NCBI GenBank assembly: GCA_024679065.1
Contig: JAGIQG010000022.1
Location: 32,922,001-32,986,000, forward strand
From: Sphyrna mokarran
Lineage: Eukaryota
Length of the DNA stretch: 64,000 nucleotides
Direction: 5' to 3'
The first letter of the stretch is position 1, and each line of letters begins with the position of its first letter. A model generated the notes under the pieces. The model ran no database searches, was not told where the DNA came from, and saw nothing but the letters and a program-made list of their open reading frames with translations. Positions 50,081 to 62,355 of this stretch are shown in pieces. Position numbers and translations under genes: made by a program.

Positions 50081-51329
50081 TGTACGAATCCTTGCTTTTA
50101 TATGGAACATTGAACCATCTCAGTTACTAATGTAAAGAATTCCCTTTGAAATACAGTGAATGTTATATAAGCAAACTTGATAACCATTCTGCTGCAGCAT
50201 TTCACTGCAAACAGAAATTAAATAACAACCAAGTTGCACTAGCTTTTTTAGTTGGTCGAAGGTGGCATGTTGACGAACACACTGGGAAATTTTCCAATTT
50301 GAGATCACAACTGGAGGTGAAGTGATACTGTTGCTATTACGACTGTGCCATGTCGGTGATCTCACTGGGATCCCACTTTTTAAAACTTGAGTCTGTCACC
50401 AGGCATGTTTATACTGTAACATAAAAGAACTTGGCAAGCAGGAGCTTGTGTAACAGGAGCAACAGAAGATGAGCTAAGGCAGGAAGGTGTGCTGTGTATT
50501 TTGCTGGTCAGTTGTTTTTTTTAAAAAAAAATACATATTTTTGATCCGCGCTTAAAACCAAGATAGTTGTTTTGTTAACTCTTGTGTTAGTGTTGAGCAC
50601 ATGTAGGTCAGATATAGTACTTGAGAAATGCTTTTCTCAGTCTCATTGTATACCTGTCAAATCGGTGTGGCATTTTCAATTTTAACACCAGCCGTCATAA
50701 GTCACTCGTAAGTGAGAACCTTGCCCGAGTTGTGGACAGTTTTCTGCCGTTGGTTTGGTCCGATTCTGGTCTGGATGAAGTGACTTTGAGTTTCCATCAT
50801 GTTGGACCCTTGAAGCTTGAATAGAGAAAAGGCTTCAAATCCTGTAAGGCTGGGCTGGAATAATGCCATAGATTTAAGAGCATTTTGCTGTCTAGCAGTT
50901 TCATATCTGGAGAGTTTGAGTGGATGGGTTTTTTCCCAAAAGGTCCCCAATGTAATGTCCTTTTGTCACTTTTCACTATTGTCTAGACCCTATCTTTGAG
51001 GTTTGCTTGGTAAACAATGTGTGGAATCAAGTTTTTTTTCAACGCTGTTAACTTAGTAAAAGGAATTTTCTTAACCCCGGCTGCTCATTTGGAAATCTGC
51101 ACAGCTCAAGTTCATGTGTTTAAAGTGTGTGAATGAAATATGAGTAGTCTATGTGTTTGAAGAGGGATACACAGTTTATCTGTTATCTGCATCATGATGC
51201 TATTGGATGTCAGACATTGTAAAGATTTTGTTAATCCCTGAACAGGAACATCGGAAACCTCCTTCCATTGTTTAATCTGCTTTTATTGAAGTCTTTCAGC
51301 ATGCAATGGAATTTGAAGCCTCTTTTCCT

Positions 51330-52415
51330 GCTTAGTGTTGTCACTATCTCTCTTGATTCCTCCTGTGATGCTAAATTATCAGGCTATTTATCAAATATCC
51401 AGTACTGGGTGAGCAACAGATTGTTCCAAGTGGAGGAAGACTGAAGCCATTGTTTTCTATCCCTGCTCCAAACTCTGCTCCCTAATTACTGACCCCCATC
51501 TCTCTCCCCAGTAATATTCAGAAATTAGGCAAGCTTGTTTAGAACATTGGTATCAGATTTGACCCCAAGATGAACTTTTGACCTCTCGTTTGTGCCATCT
51601 TGAAGACTGCCTATTTCTGGCACCATAACAGTGCCTGATTTTGTCCTGATCTCAGCTCATCTGCTGCTAAAGCCCTCAAACATGCCACTGTTACCTCTGG
51701 GATTCCAATGCTGGTCTCACACATTCTGCCCTCCATAAGCTTGAGCTCATCCAAAACTCTGCTGTCTGTGTTTGAGCTCACAGCACGTCTCATTCCCTCG
51801 TCACCCCTGTGCTTGCTGACTTACACCCAAAGGGTGGTAGTGTCTGGATTTCACTGCCTGAATTTGTGGTTGAGGCTGAAACACTCAACTCGTTTAAAAA
51901 GTGCCTGAAAGGCTACAAACCAGGTGCTGGAAAGTGAGAGTAAAATAAGCAGCTAGTTTCTTTTTCTTTTTTGTTAGCCAGTTGGCTGAATGGCCTCTTT
52001 CTGTGCCATAACTTTTTTACGGTTCTGTTTGTCTCCAGTTCAGCAACGTCTTGATACTAAAATTCTCCAATCTTGTTTTTAAACCATTCCATGGTTGCTC
52101 ATCTCTATCTCTGTAATTGTTTCAAACTCCACATCTGAGATGTGTGCTGCTCTCATTCTGACCTTTTGTTCTTCCCCAGTTGCTCAACCATGTGTCAAAG
52201 CTCTGGAATTCCTCCCCCAGATCTCCATCGCTCTACGTCACTTCCCTCCTTTAAGACACTTATTAAAATCTATTTTTTTGAATTTTTAGTCAACTAACCT
52301 ACCAGCTCCTTAAGCGTGGCTTGATGTCACATGTTGTTTCATAATATTCCTGTGAAGTGACAGAGGGGTATTCCATAATGTGAAAGATGCTCTATAAATA
52401 TAAGTTGTTGTTGTC
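51330..52415 (+). mobile_element. L2-clade LINE 3' part with a nested CR1 tail (about 51830-52030)
   Basis: AAGACTGAAGCCATTG (KTEAI), TTTGACCCCAAGATGAAC, L2 tail ATAAATATAAGTTGTTGTTG; insert ends GGCTGAATGGCCTCTTTCTGTGC. Confidence 0.8.
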
Positions 52416-52615
52416 ATCAGTGTGAAAGAGAAAATCTCTCTTCTGCAGAGAGAATAACGCCTGCATGTATGTGACATTATTTCTTGGTTCTGCTCTAGAC
52501 TGGGATTTGCTTATTGGCCTACCTGTATGTAAATGTCACCTGCCCTCCTCAGAGGATTCGTGCCTGTAAGTGGAATGTATGAATTCGTTCCATTCATCCC
52601 CATCTTCTAATATGC

Positions 52616-52720
52616 ACATAATCCAGATTTATGGATCTGGATAATCCATAAATCCAGATTTATGGATTATGTATCCATAAATACATAATGGATGTATTTA
52701 TCCATTACATCCATTAATGT
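52616..52720. repeat. Patchwork of overlapping short direct and inverted repeats
   Basis: 17-nt direct repeat AATCCAGATTTATGGAT (52620, 52651); perfect 14-bp hairpin 52641-52670; further 10-11 bp inverted pairs. Confidence 0.9.
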
Positions 52721-54140
52721 CCCTAGCCAATAGAATTCTGGTGTCTAGCCTTCACCACATATTATAGAATTCTGGAATTCTGTACCTTTTCTTTACCATA
52801 GTGATCAGATTTTCTTTATAAATGTTCTGTTTATTTTTATTCTTCTGTTTCTCTTCTTGGGGCTCACCCATGCTGGAGTACAGTTTTGACAAATTCAGTT
52901 TTTCCTCTGAGTCCTCACTTTTTCTACATGAGCCTAATAGTGATCACTTACAAGTAATTCAATTGTAGCCATCACATTTGGTGTTGATTCTGTGCTCACC
53001 ATATGTCATTGATGTTGATGAGGTGCAAAAATCCTTCCTGACTCTCATCTTCCTCTTTTCTGCTAATGAATGCTGAGGCTAATTGGAATGTCTAAAATCA
53101 GCATGAATTTGGAAACAAACCTTGGAGTTGAGATTTTTTCAGAGATGTTTGCATGATTGGGCATGCATGAAAGAAATGCAGGAGTGTTTGTCAACATTAG
53201 ATTTGCATGTCTGTAACAGTATTCGCTCCATTGTCCAGAATAACATCACCGCCCGTGATCCAAGTTTAAGTTAAAGCCAGGATGTCAGTGCCATCAACCA
53301 CAATAAGGTTGTGGATGATTGACCAGATATCCCAGAGGAAAATACGGAGAAGGTTGATGATGGACCCACATATACAACCTGAGTAGATTGTGTGCATCAA
53401 GAACCATACAAGTATCTGCAACAGTAGCTGCTCATAAGGTAGCTGTTGGGCCTGTGGAGAATGCCAAGGGAGGCACAGAAGATAGCTAGATTTATTCAAG
53501 GGGCTTGAAAACTGGAAGAGCAGCAAAAAAGATGATGATAAAGATGTCTTCACCAATTGGATTAGGAATTGGGAATGCAAAGTCACCAAAGCAGGTTAAC
53601 AGCAACATAGTATTACTGGAGAGAGGAATGAGAGATGAGGAAGAGCTCAAGGGGTAAAAGGCGCAGATCTAATGGAGTGAATTTTTGTTTTTGCAATTGG
53701 ACAGAGTCAATGAGTGAAAATCATGTAGGTTCTCTAAATCCAAGGCAATCTGTCACACCAACTTACCAGCCAGATATTGAAAATCCAGATTAGCGAGTGG
53801 ATACCACATTGAGCCTGCTTAGTTAGTATAGGAATCAGCAAGATTTGACATCTAATTTATTGAGAAGAGTTCACACACACCCCTTCCCCTCCACCTCTGT
53901 CTAAACACCCAATTCCAGGTGCTTTCAATCAATTAATCAAAACTTTGTTATACTCAGGACTTAATGTTACAAGAAAATCATACAGTATCGAATTAGCCAA
54001 TTGGCAGAATACAGATGGAATTTCTTTCATTACATCAACAAACATATCAACCACTAAAGCACTGCACAAAGCAAGGCCCACATTCTTTTGTGTATCCCTT
54101 CCTATGGGTTGTGTGAATAAAAGTACTGATCCATCTGACT

Positions 54141-54458
54141 ATAGAGAATCGCAACAGTACAAAGGGGGCCATTTGGCCCATCAAGGCTCTACCAACACTC
54201 CAACAAAGCATCTTACCCTCGTCCACCCCATAATGCCATGCATTTACCTTGCTAATCCCCCTAATTTACACACCTTGGGGCACTAAGGGGCAATTTATCA
54301 TGGCCAAACCAGCTAACTGGCACATCTTTGGAGTGAGGGAGGAAACCAGGGCACCAAAGGAAACCCATGCAGACATGGGGAGAATGTGCAAACTGCACAC
54401 AGTCATCCTAGGCTAGAATCAAACTTGTGAGGCAACAGTGTCAACCACCATGCCGCCC
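54141..54458 (-). mobile_element. HE1-type V-SINE, CR1-type tail
   Basis: Inverted head GGGCGGCATGGTGG, V domain, tail GATGGGCCAAATGGCC. Confidence 0.88.
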
Positions 54459-56262
54459 ACCTTATGCCTTAATGGTTTACTTGGTAATGATATTGATAAT
54501 CCCTGTTTTGTGCCAGTACCTCTGATGGTTTAGTTGAATCATGGATCCCTGTTCTATGCAGCTTCTCTGATAGTTTACTGGGTAAAGTCACTGATCCCTT
54601 GTCTCTGCTGTTTCTCTGATGGTTTACAGGGTAAAGACACTGATGCTTGGTCTGTGGCAAATTTAGTAACTTAAACAGCCAAGTAATATATCAAATCTCT
54701 AATTCTTTCCCTGAACTATTTGTTTGGATTCTTGCACAATGAGGCACATTCCTCTTCAGCTAATGTAAATTTACTGCTTGAAATAGCAAAGGGCCGTTAC
54801 CCTCGTGTCCATGGTAAGTAAAATGGAAAGCTGAAACGAGGTGTCCACCTAGAGTGGTTTCACATCCTCTCTGCACTCACCCAACATAAGTGAACTTGAT
54901 CAGACCATGTTTTGTGATGCAAAAAATTGTAATTTGAAATGTATTTTGCTTTTCAAACCTGGATTAATATATTTTAATGGCTTTGGAGTGACTAGTAAAA
55001 TTTTTTTTATATGACAACTAACTCTGGCCATGAGATTCTATGGTGTTTGAACAATCGAAGTAATGGATTTTCTCTTCCGTACTTGTGAACAAAAATCGTT
55101 ATCAGAAAATACTGCTTTATTTGAATACACATTTGGTCTTTCCTCATAACTGTGTAACTTGTTTATCCCCTTAATTTAGGAAGAGTTGTAAGTTACTCTC
55201 GAGCTGAACACTGCAAAATATTAAAAAAAAACCTCTATTGTTCCATGTTAGGGTAAGAATCTCCTGTTAAACTCTTGATCCTGCTTACCTTGTCTCTGCT
55301 CACTTCTGAATCAAGCATAGCAAGAATGGCTGGACTGTTCCTCAATCTGGAATTGACTTTGTTTTACTGTAGCTGGCTGTGTACAAACTGCATTTCAGAC
55401 TGAAATGAAAGACTCCCGTTGGCCACTTGCTGCCTTATGATTTAACCTCGGTGATTTTGCAATCCCCTCATTTCAGAATAAGCTCAAATCTAGCACCTGA
55501 AAACCAGGGGAATAATGCTTATTGGACCTGGGCTTTCATTTGAAGGCTGGTAGATGAGCACCCAAATGGCATCTTCAAGAGCTGCATCAAAGTCCTTCCT
55601 GTAATCTATTATTTTTCTATGCAGTTAAAAGCATGACTTCACGTTCTTGAGGTTTGTCTATAGAAGATGATTCATTCTGGAATTTAATGGTAAAAACATA
55701 GGACTAAAGCCTATCCTGAGACATACCCTTTATTTTCTTTGATTCACAAATGTCCCCTGATTGGATATTAATCTGCTCCCACTCTCAGATGGGCAAGATT
55801 CAGTTTAAACTGGATTAGAGGGAACTGATGGAGTAGAATCTGGTTACACACCTGTGTTCCCTGCTCAAAGATGCTCTGCTGCCCAAGGGATTTCATATAT
55901 TCAGAATTTTTTCTCAATCTTCATTTGTCACGCTGCATTTTTCCCATGAGTGCATCCCAATGATATTCAATGAAAGAGCTTTGATGTAGGCGTAGCATAA
56001 CAATTCATATTGAATGAAAATGTGTCCTCAGTAAGTGCTGTTAGTGCTTTCTTCCATTGTTGCTGCTAGTTTAACTCTCCTTCGCGTTCTATCTGATTAC
56101 CAGTTCCTTTTGCACCATGTCTTATGCTTCTTGACAACTTGACCACAGTGGGATTCGAGCATTTTCTGAATTACTTCTAGGGAAACTGGTGACCAATGGC
56201 AAAAATCAATGCCCATGGCTGAAGCATACTTGGTCTCCCACTCTTTATATTTGGAGATAGCT

Positions 56263-56575
56263 AAAAGTTTATTTATTAGCGACACAAGTAGGCATATATT
56301 AACACTGTAATGAAATCACTGTGAAAATGCCTTCATCACCACACTCCGGCACCTGTTTGGATACATTCAAGGAGAACTTAGCATGGCCAGTGCGTGCACC
56401 TAACCAGCATGTCTTTTGGGCTGTTAGGTGCATTGGCCATGCCAAATTGGAAACCAAAATGCCCAGAGGAAACTCTCAGACACAGGGAGAACGTGCAGAC
56501 TCTGCACGGTTAATGACCCAAGCCAGGAATCAAACCTGGTGCTGTGAGGCAGCAGTTGTAATCACAGTGCCATCC
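56263..56575 (-). mobile_element. V-SINE with alternative tail and an internal fold-back duplication
   Basis: Colinear with 9553-9828 except for an extra inverted segment at about 56420-56448. Confidence 0.88.
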
Positions 56576-57154
56576 CTGGATAGGGTGCGTGTGAGTTGGG
56601 TTCACAGTCGCAGCTTCAGGTATTTGTAAAATGTTTGCAGCCTTTGGGGGCTGCGGTAGTAAACTCTGCTAGGTTGCTGAGGGGTGGGTCGATGATGAGA
56701 TCGATATTGTGTTTTGAGTACCATAACATTTTGCCACTTGGGCTGAAGATTCTGGATGGATGAATTCTATGAAGTATAATCAAAATAAGACTTGATAGCT
56801 GAACAAATTGGTGTGTGACATTATCTAGCTGATTCTGTTTGGTTTTAGAGCAGACTGTGTTTTAATTTTTTTTTGTCTCCTATCTCCTCCCTGTCATTCT
56901 TCTCCTGAAGGCACCCTTGCTGGGGTGATTGCCTATACTGTTCTTCCTGAATTTTATCAGGCTGTTGGACCACAGAATGGCCTGTAGCTGAATCCACTTC
57001 TATTCCCAGCTTTCATCCACATTCGCGCTTACCTTCTGAACTGTATGGCTTAATGCCACATCTACAGGGAAGGCATTTGGATATTGGAAGTAATTCTGTA
57101 ACTTTGTGATTTGTGTAGAAATATTGAGCACTGCAGCTGAAAATTGGGCAAAAA

Positions 57155-57383
57155 ATTTTAGATTTATATAGTGCTTTATAATTCTCATGCCATCTTATTA
57201 CGCTATATTAAGAGAATACTTTGAGAAGTGAAATTATTTTCTTTTAATGTCCAATTGAAATGTCAATTAGAATCGCAGCTTAAAATGTCCCTTGCTGGAG
57301 TATCAATCTAGATAACGTGTTCAAATCCTAGACTGGGGTTTTTGCATCTGACTCTAGGTGATGCTAACTAAGCCAAACTGACA
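57155..57383 (-). mobile_element. Heavily deleted SacSINE1-like copy
   Basis: Inverted tail ATTTATATAGTGCTTT and inverted head CTGACTCTAGG...CTAAGCCAAACTGACA. Confidence 0.5.
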
Positions 57384-58170
57384 TTTAACTTTGAAAATGA
57401 TTTTCTTCTGTTTAATTATCGTTACCTTGCACTCAGTAACCAGCAACACATTTCTAGTGTTCGGGACCAATATTTACTTCTGAAAAATAGTCAGTGCTTA
57501 AACTATACAGCTGAAAATGCAAAGCATTTATCTTTAATAAAAATTGACCGATATTTGGAAAATAAAAGGGCAAAGTCCTGAGATCATTTGAAGTCTTTGA
57601 AGAAGATTTGTGATTTGTTCAAAGCAGACTGTGTTCCCGAACTGTTTTTTGGCCTGTTAGCCACGCACAGCAGTGCTCTGTGATTTTTCTTCTGAAGCTA
57701 AGATTGTATCTTAACTTTATTTTTGTATTTACAATATTAAGCTTTGATTTTTGTTACATGTCATTAAATCAGATACATGTTTCTTTCACCTGTTGGTTCC
57801 AACTCACATGACCTCTCCTTCAAATAAATGTCCTGAATGAAACATCTTCCAGGTGACCATCCCCTAGTTTTCCCTTGCTGTTGCTATTAGTGGCGGGCTG
57901 TGTAATGGCGTGAGATGTTAGCTGTTGTGCCTCAGTTCAGCATTTCTAATATACAAAATGTCTGTTCTGTAGTTTAGTTTGTTCAGCATATCTGATTTTG
58001 TTTAAACATGAAGCAACCTTTCCTTTCTTGACACAACTCTTATTACTTGTATCACTGCAAAGCTGTTTCTTTATAAACACAAATCACTGGTAACTGTATT
58101 TTGAAGACATATTTTCTACATTTTCCAAGGCACCAACAGTTGCCCAGATTATGGCAACCCATTTAATTGA

Positions 58171-58554
58171 TTATTTTTTGATCTGATCCATATTAAAATC
58201 CATCACTATATTTAAGTCTCTGGACCAAGCTAGTGAGAAAGCTATCTTTAACATTTGTACTCCTGATGGAATTATGTAAAGTTCCTTCACAAGGACAATA
58301 GGATACAAATTCACATCCAGAGAGTATAGGTACAGGTTGGTAGAAGTAAGGTTAGTGACCTCAGTGTATGAGCTGGTGTTTAACCAGATGGACTCGAGCA
58401 GTTTACTGGAACAGTAAGAAATAGGAGATGGTTTCCTATTTCTTGTTCGTCCTGTGGCATCCTCCCTCGTGAGACTTTGATCTGTGAAAGTTGCAGTCTC
58501 CAATGACAGGTCAAATCTTTCCAAGTTCCTTAGTGAGCAAGAGCAACTGGTCAA
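58171..58554 (-). pseudogene. Possible ancient LINE APE endonuclease remnant
   Basis: ORF has FDLSLET, REDATGR, LESIWL and IVMDFNMD in the order of APE motifs (I.LTET, R.DR..GG, E.IW, I.GDFN). Confidence 0.45.
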
Positions 58555-59535
58555 TCATCAACAGTGTTCCAAGTGCTGTGGACTTGTCTGGTTTCAGGTA
58601 TCAGATTAACAAGCCTGTCACAAAACATTGACCTAGTTTTATAACAAGGCATCTCCTCTTGGAACTACTAAAACCCTACCTAGCCTGCCAGCCAAGCTTG
58701 CAATCAGTTCAAATATTTTGCAACAACAGATTAAAACAAACATTATATTGATTTAGAATTGAAGAATAATGTAAAGCACCAAAATCTGCATATACTTAAA
58801 AAGTGGTGAGACAACCTTTAACCTTTGAATGAAATGTGGACCTGTAAATGGAATGCCAGGTTTTGATTGAATTCAGAAGGTTTAATCACATCTGTTGTAC
58901 TGAATAAAAATTGAGTATTTTGTTCAGTTTTAACCCCCAGTTTCTAATCTCTTTAGTATCAAAACCAGTTGTTTCTGATCTCTTGACAGTTTGTGATGCT
59001 TTTTGCATATACTGTAGTTCAGTTGGACCCATTGGGTCGAGGTATCAAATGTGGTTTCTAATACAATTCTGTTGACCAGAATTGCATTGCATCACATCAC
59101 AGCTCAGTTTAATTCCAGTTTTTTTGATGAAGATAATGATTGACTGCACATATACTAGAACCAGAAGCATAATGAGCAGGAGGCCAATGTAGAGCAATGG
59201 AATATAGACTACAGAAACAAGTTATATATGTTTGCTATAACTGTTCCTTCCCATAGCAATGCCTCTTACATATCTTAATACTGATGAACAGAATACAATA
59301 TTGGATATCCTGAGGATAACAACACTTGCACATGTCTGTCAATTATAATGTCCAAACAATAGAGCAAAACTGATCTTTCACATCAAAGAGACAGTGCGTT
59401 GATTAAATCAGGGAAATGAGCTGCTTTGATCTTTTAAGTAATTGAAACCACATATTGAAGCTGCTCTTGCATTGCAACCGTGGTCTCAGGAGAGCAGTCT
59501 AACTGGGCAGCTCTCCCATGTTTGCTTTATAATTG

Positions 59536-59846
59536 AAAAAAAACTTGCATTAATGTAGCGCCTTTCAAGGCTCAGGATATCCCAAAGTGCTTTACAGCCA
59601 TTAGAGTAATTTTGAGGTTGTATATTGTAATGTTGGAGAAACAACAATGAATTTTGTACACAGCAAGATCCCAAGTCTGTTTAAGTGAAACTTGATAAGG
59701 GATGAATATAGGCCAAGACACTGGAGAAATTTTTTGTTTCAGGGATAGATAGCGCTGTAATGTTTCAACAAGGAGACTGCATCCCTGAAATGCAGCACTC
59801 TGAGTCATCCACTGGAATATCAGCCTTGATTTAATGTGCAACTGGG
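59536..59846 (-). mobile_element. SacSINE1-like DeuSINE
   Basis: ACTTGCATTAATGTAGCGCCTTTCA...CCCAAAGTGCTTTACAGCCA inverted tail; GGCCAAGACACTGG; ATGCAGCACTC. Confidence 0.8.
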
Positions 59847-60046
59847 AAATTTGTGGGTGCTGTGATTGTGAATTTTAAGACTGACCATGATGTTCAACCA
59901 GCACTCTGGTATAGAAAAATGACATCATATTACACCGTTATATATTAAGAGCAGAACATTTTGTGTGATATAACATGCATGTTGCAGCAACATAATATCA
60001 CCATGAAACTACCAGCCTTCATTTACTCAGGCTACAGTTTAAAAGG

Positions 60047-60820
60047 AAATAAGAACTTATGAATTAGGAGCCTGCTATGCCATTTGATAAGATCATAGCT
60101 GATCTGACTGTGGCCTCAACTCTACTTTCCTGCCTATCCCCCATTACCTTTGTCTCCCTTGTCAATCAAGAATCTGTCTAACTGAATCTTAAAAACATTC
60201 AATGACCCTGCTCCACCACTCTCTGGGGAAGATAATTTCACATACTAATGAACCTCTGAGAGAAATTAAATTCTCCATATCTCCAACTTAAATAGAGGCC
60301 CCTTATCTTTAAACTGTGTCTCCTAGTTCTAGTCTTTCCAATTAGGGACCACATCCTCTCAGCATCCACTGTGTCAACTCCCCCCAAAGGATCTCCTGTT
60401 TTAGTCAAACACTTTTCATTCATCTAAATTTCATTGGATTTGTGCCCACTAATCCTTTCTTACAGGAATCATTTACCTGAACCTGGTTTCAACATAATTA
60501 TGTCCGAAAGAGACCAAAATACATATGGTACTCCAGATATGGTATCAAGTATAATTGCAAAACAACTTTCCTACTTTTATATTCAATTCCCCCCTTCCTA
60601 ACTTCTATTGTATTTGCGTACCAATCTTTGTGATTCATGTGCTAGGACATCCAGATCCCTCTGAACCATACAGCTTTGCAATCTCTCAACATTAAAATAA
60701 TCTTCTGCTTTTCTGTTCTTCCTGCCAAAATGGACAAGTTCACATTTTCTCTTCGTTATACACACCCTCTGTCTCTGCACAGCTTCTTTCCTCCTCATCT
60801 TCCCATCATCAGCAAATTTA
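60047..60820 (-). mobile_element. CR1 LINE 3' part
   Basis: ORFs KCELVHFGRKNRKAEDYFN...QRDLDVL and VDAERMWSLIGKTRTRRHSLKIRG. Confidence 0.9.
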
Positions 60821-62355
60821 ATGACCGTATGTTCAGCCCCTTTATCCTAGCAAATTTAACGGAAGAATGTGCAGGCTCACCTTGATGTGGTGGATACCAG
60901 CAATAGGTAACCTGTGACCAAAAGAAAAGCAGCTTCAAATTGAGCTTTATCCAACAGAGCCTCCCCTCCAACAATGTTGCACGTTACTCAGGTGCTTACT
61001 GAACTGTGAAGAGTACTACAAGCTGCTAAGGAAGGTGTAGACAGAATGCACACTGACCCAGATTGTGTGCAGAGATTGATTGTGTGTCCAATAAGAAGGC
61101 ACTGATCTCTAACATAAACTATACTGGATGGATATTGGAACTGTCACTAAGGATACCTCAATTGCAATAATCTAAAGAATTGAGGATATGTTTATATTAA
61201 GTAGAGATGTGTGACTGGCAAATTTTTGAGTGACTGCTGGTGGCTTTGTAGTGAAGTTTGTCAGCAGAGATCTATCTTATGTGAAACAATTCTCCAGGAT
61301 TTGTATCATAAAAATGGAAGAGAACTTTCTTTTATATTTGGAAAACAAAATGTGCCCTGCATTCCATCCTGAATTATTCCTACAGTAAGGCACTGTCTGA
61401 TCTGTTTTTGACTCCCTCACCACTGTATACCCTTTTATTCTTTAGAAAGTGAGATCTGTGCCAAGAGAAATACAACACTGAAGATAGTTGTTCCATTCAT
61501 CAAAGATTGTTTTCTATAGTCTAATTGAAAGGAAACATTTTTATGTGGAGTGATTTGTCCTTTAGGACCTTACCGATTTGCAACAATCACTCCTTGCTAT
61601 GGAGTTGGTTACTCAACATTCATCAGCAGGATGAGCTATAGAAATAAAAGTCTTTTAAACATTTCAAAATAACCTTGGTGCCTTTCAGTAAGGGTGTAGA
61701 ATAATTAACCACTCCTGATTTCCTCCCTTTGATGTATCCTCTGACTATTGACAAATAGGTCACTCGCCATTGCCATGCACAAGGAAATAATGACTGCTTG
61801 GACAAGGTAATAGGAGATGGCAGCCTCTTGTGGAACCATCAAGAAGTATCCTATTCAGAAGAAGGGCAAATTTAGGATGTAGGTAGAAACTTTCCTGTAA
61901 TTATCTAAAGCAGCAGAGTGGCAGTTTCTGGTAAGTTGAATGGACTCCGAGCAATTGATAACCTAGTTGTTATAATTTTGTAGGCCAATGCATTGGTACT
62001 AATTTAATCTGGCCCTGACAGGTTTCCTGACTTATAAACCTTGGGGCTTTCCTGCCTATATTTTGCCCAGCTTCAAGTTATTGACTAAGTTGGAATTCAG
62101 TCTTCTCTATTTTGTTTGTTTGTTTGTTTATCAGCAAAGATGAAAGGATTATTTCTAGGATACAAAATTATCCCTGCTTCCAAACACAAACAAGAGATTC
62201 CATTAAGATCAACTATTTATTAGAATAGTTTATCTTGTGACTTTTTTTAAACCTCCTTTCCTTTGGTCGATGTCATAGCTTTCACTTTAGCCATTGGATA
62301 CAGTGGTGAATGGAGACCGCAGATCGATGTTTCAACACACATTGGGCTCAGTTTA

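Noticed and set aside
57020-57075. Minus-strand 29-nt exon-like segment (VALSHTVQK)
   Set aside because: No recognisable protein, not frame-symmetric, and on the less likely strand
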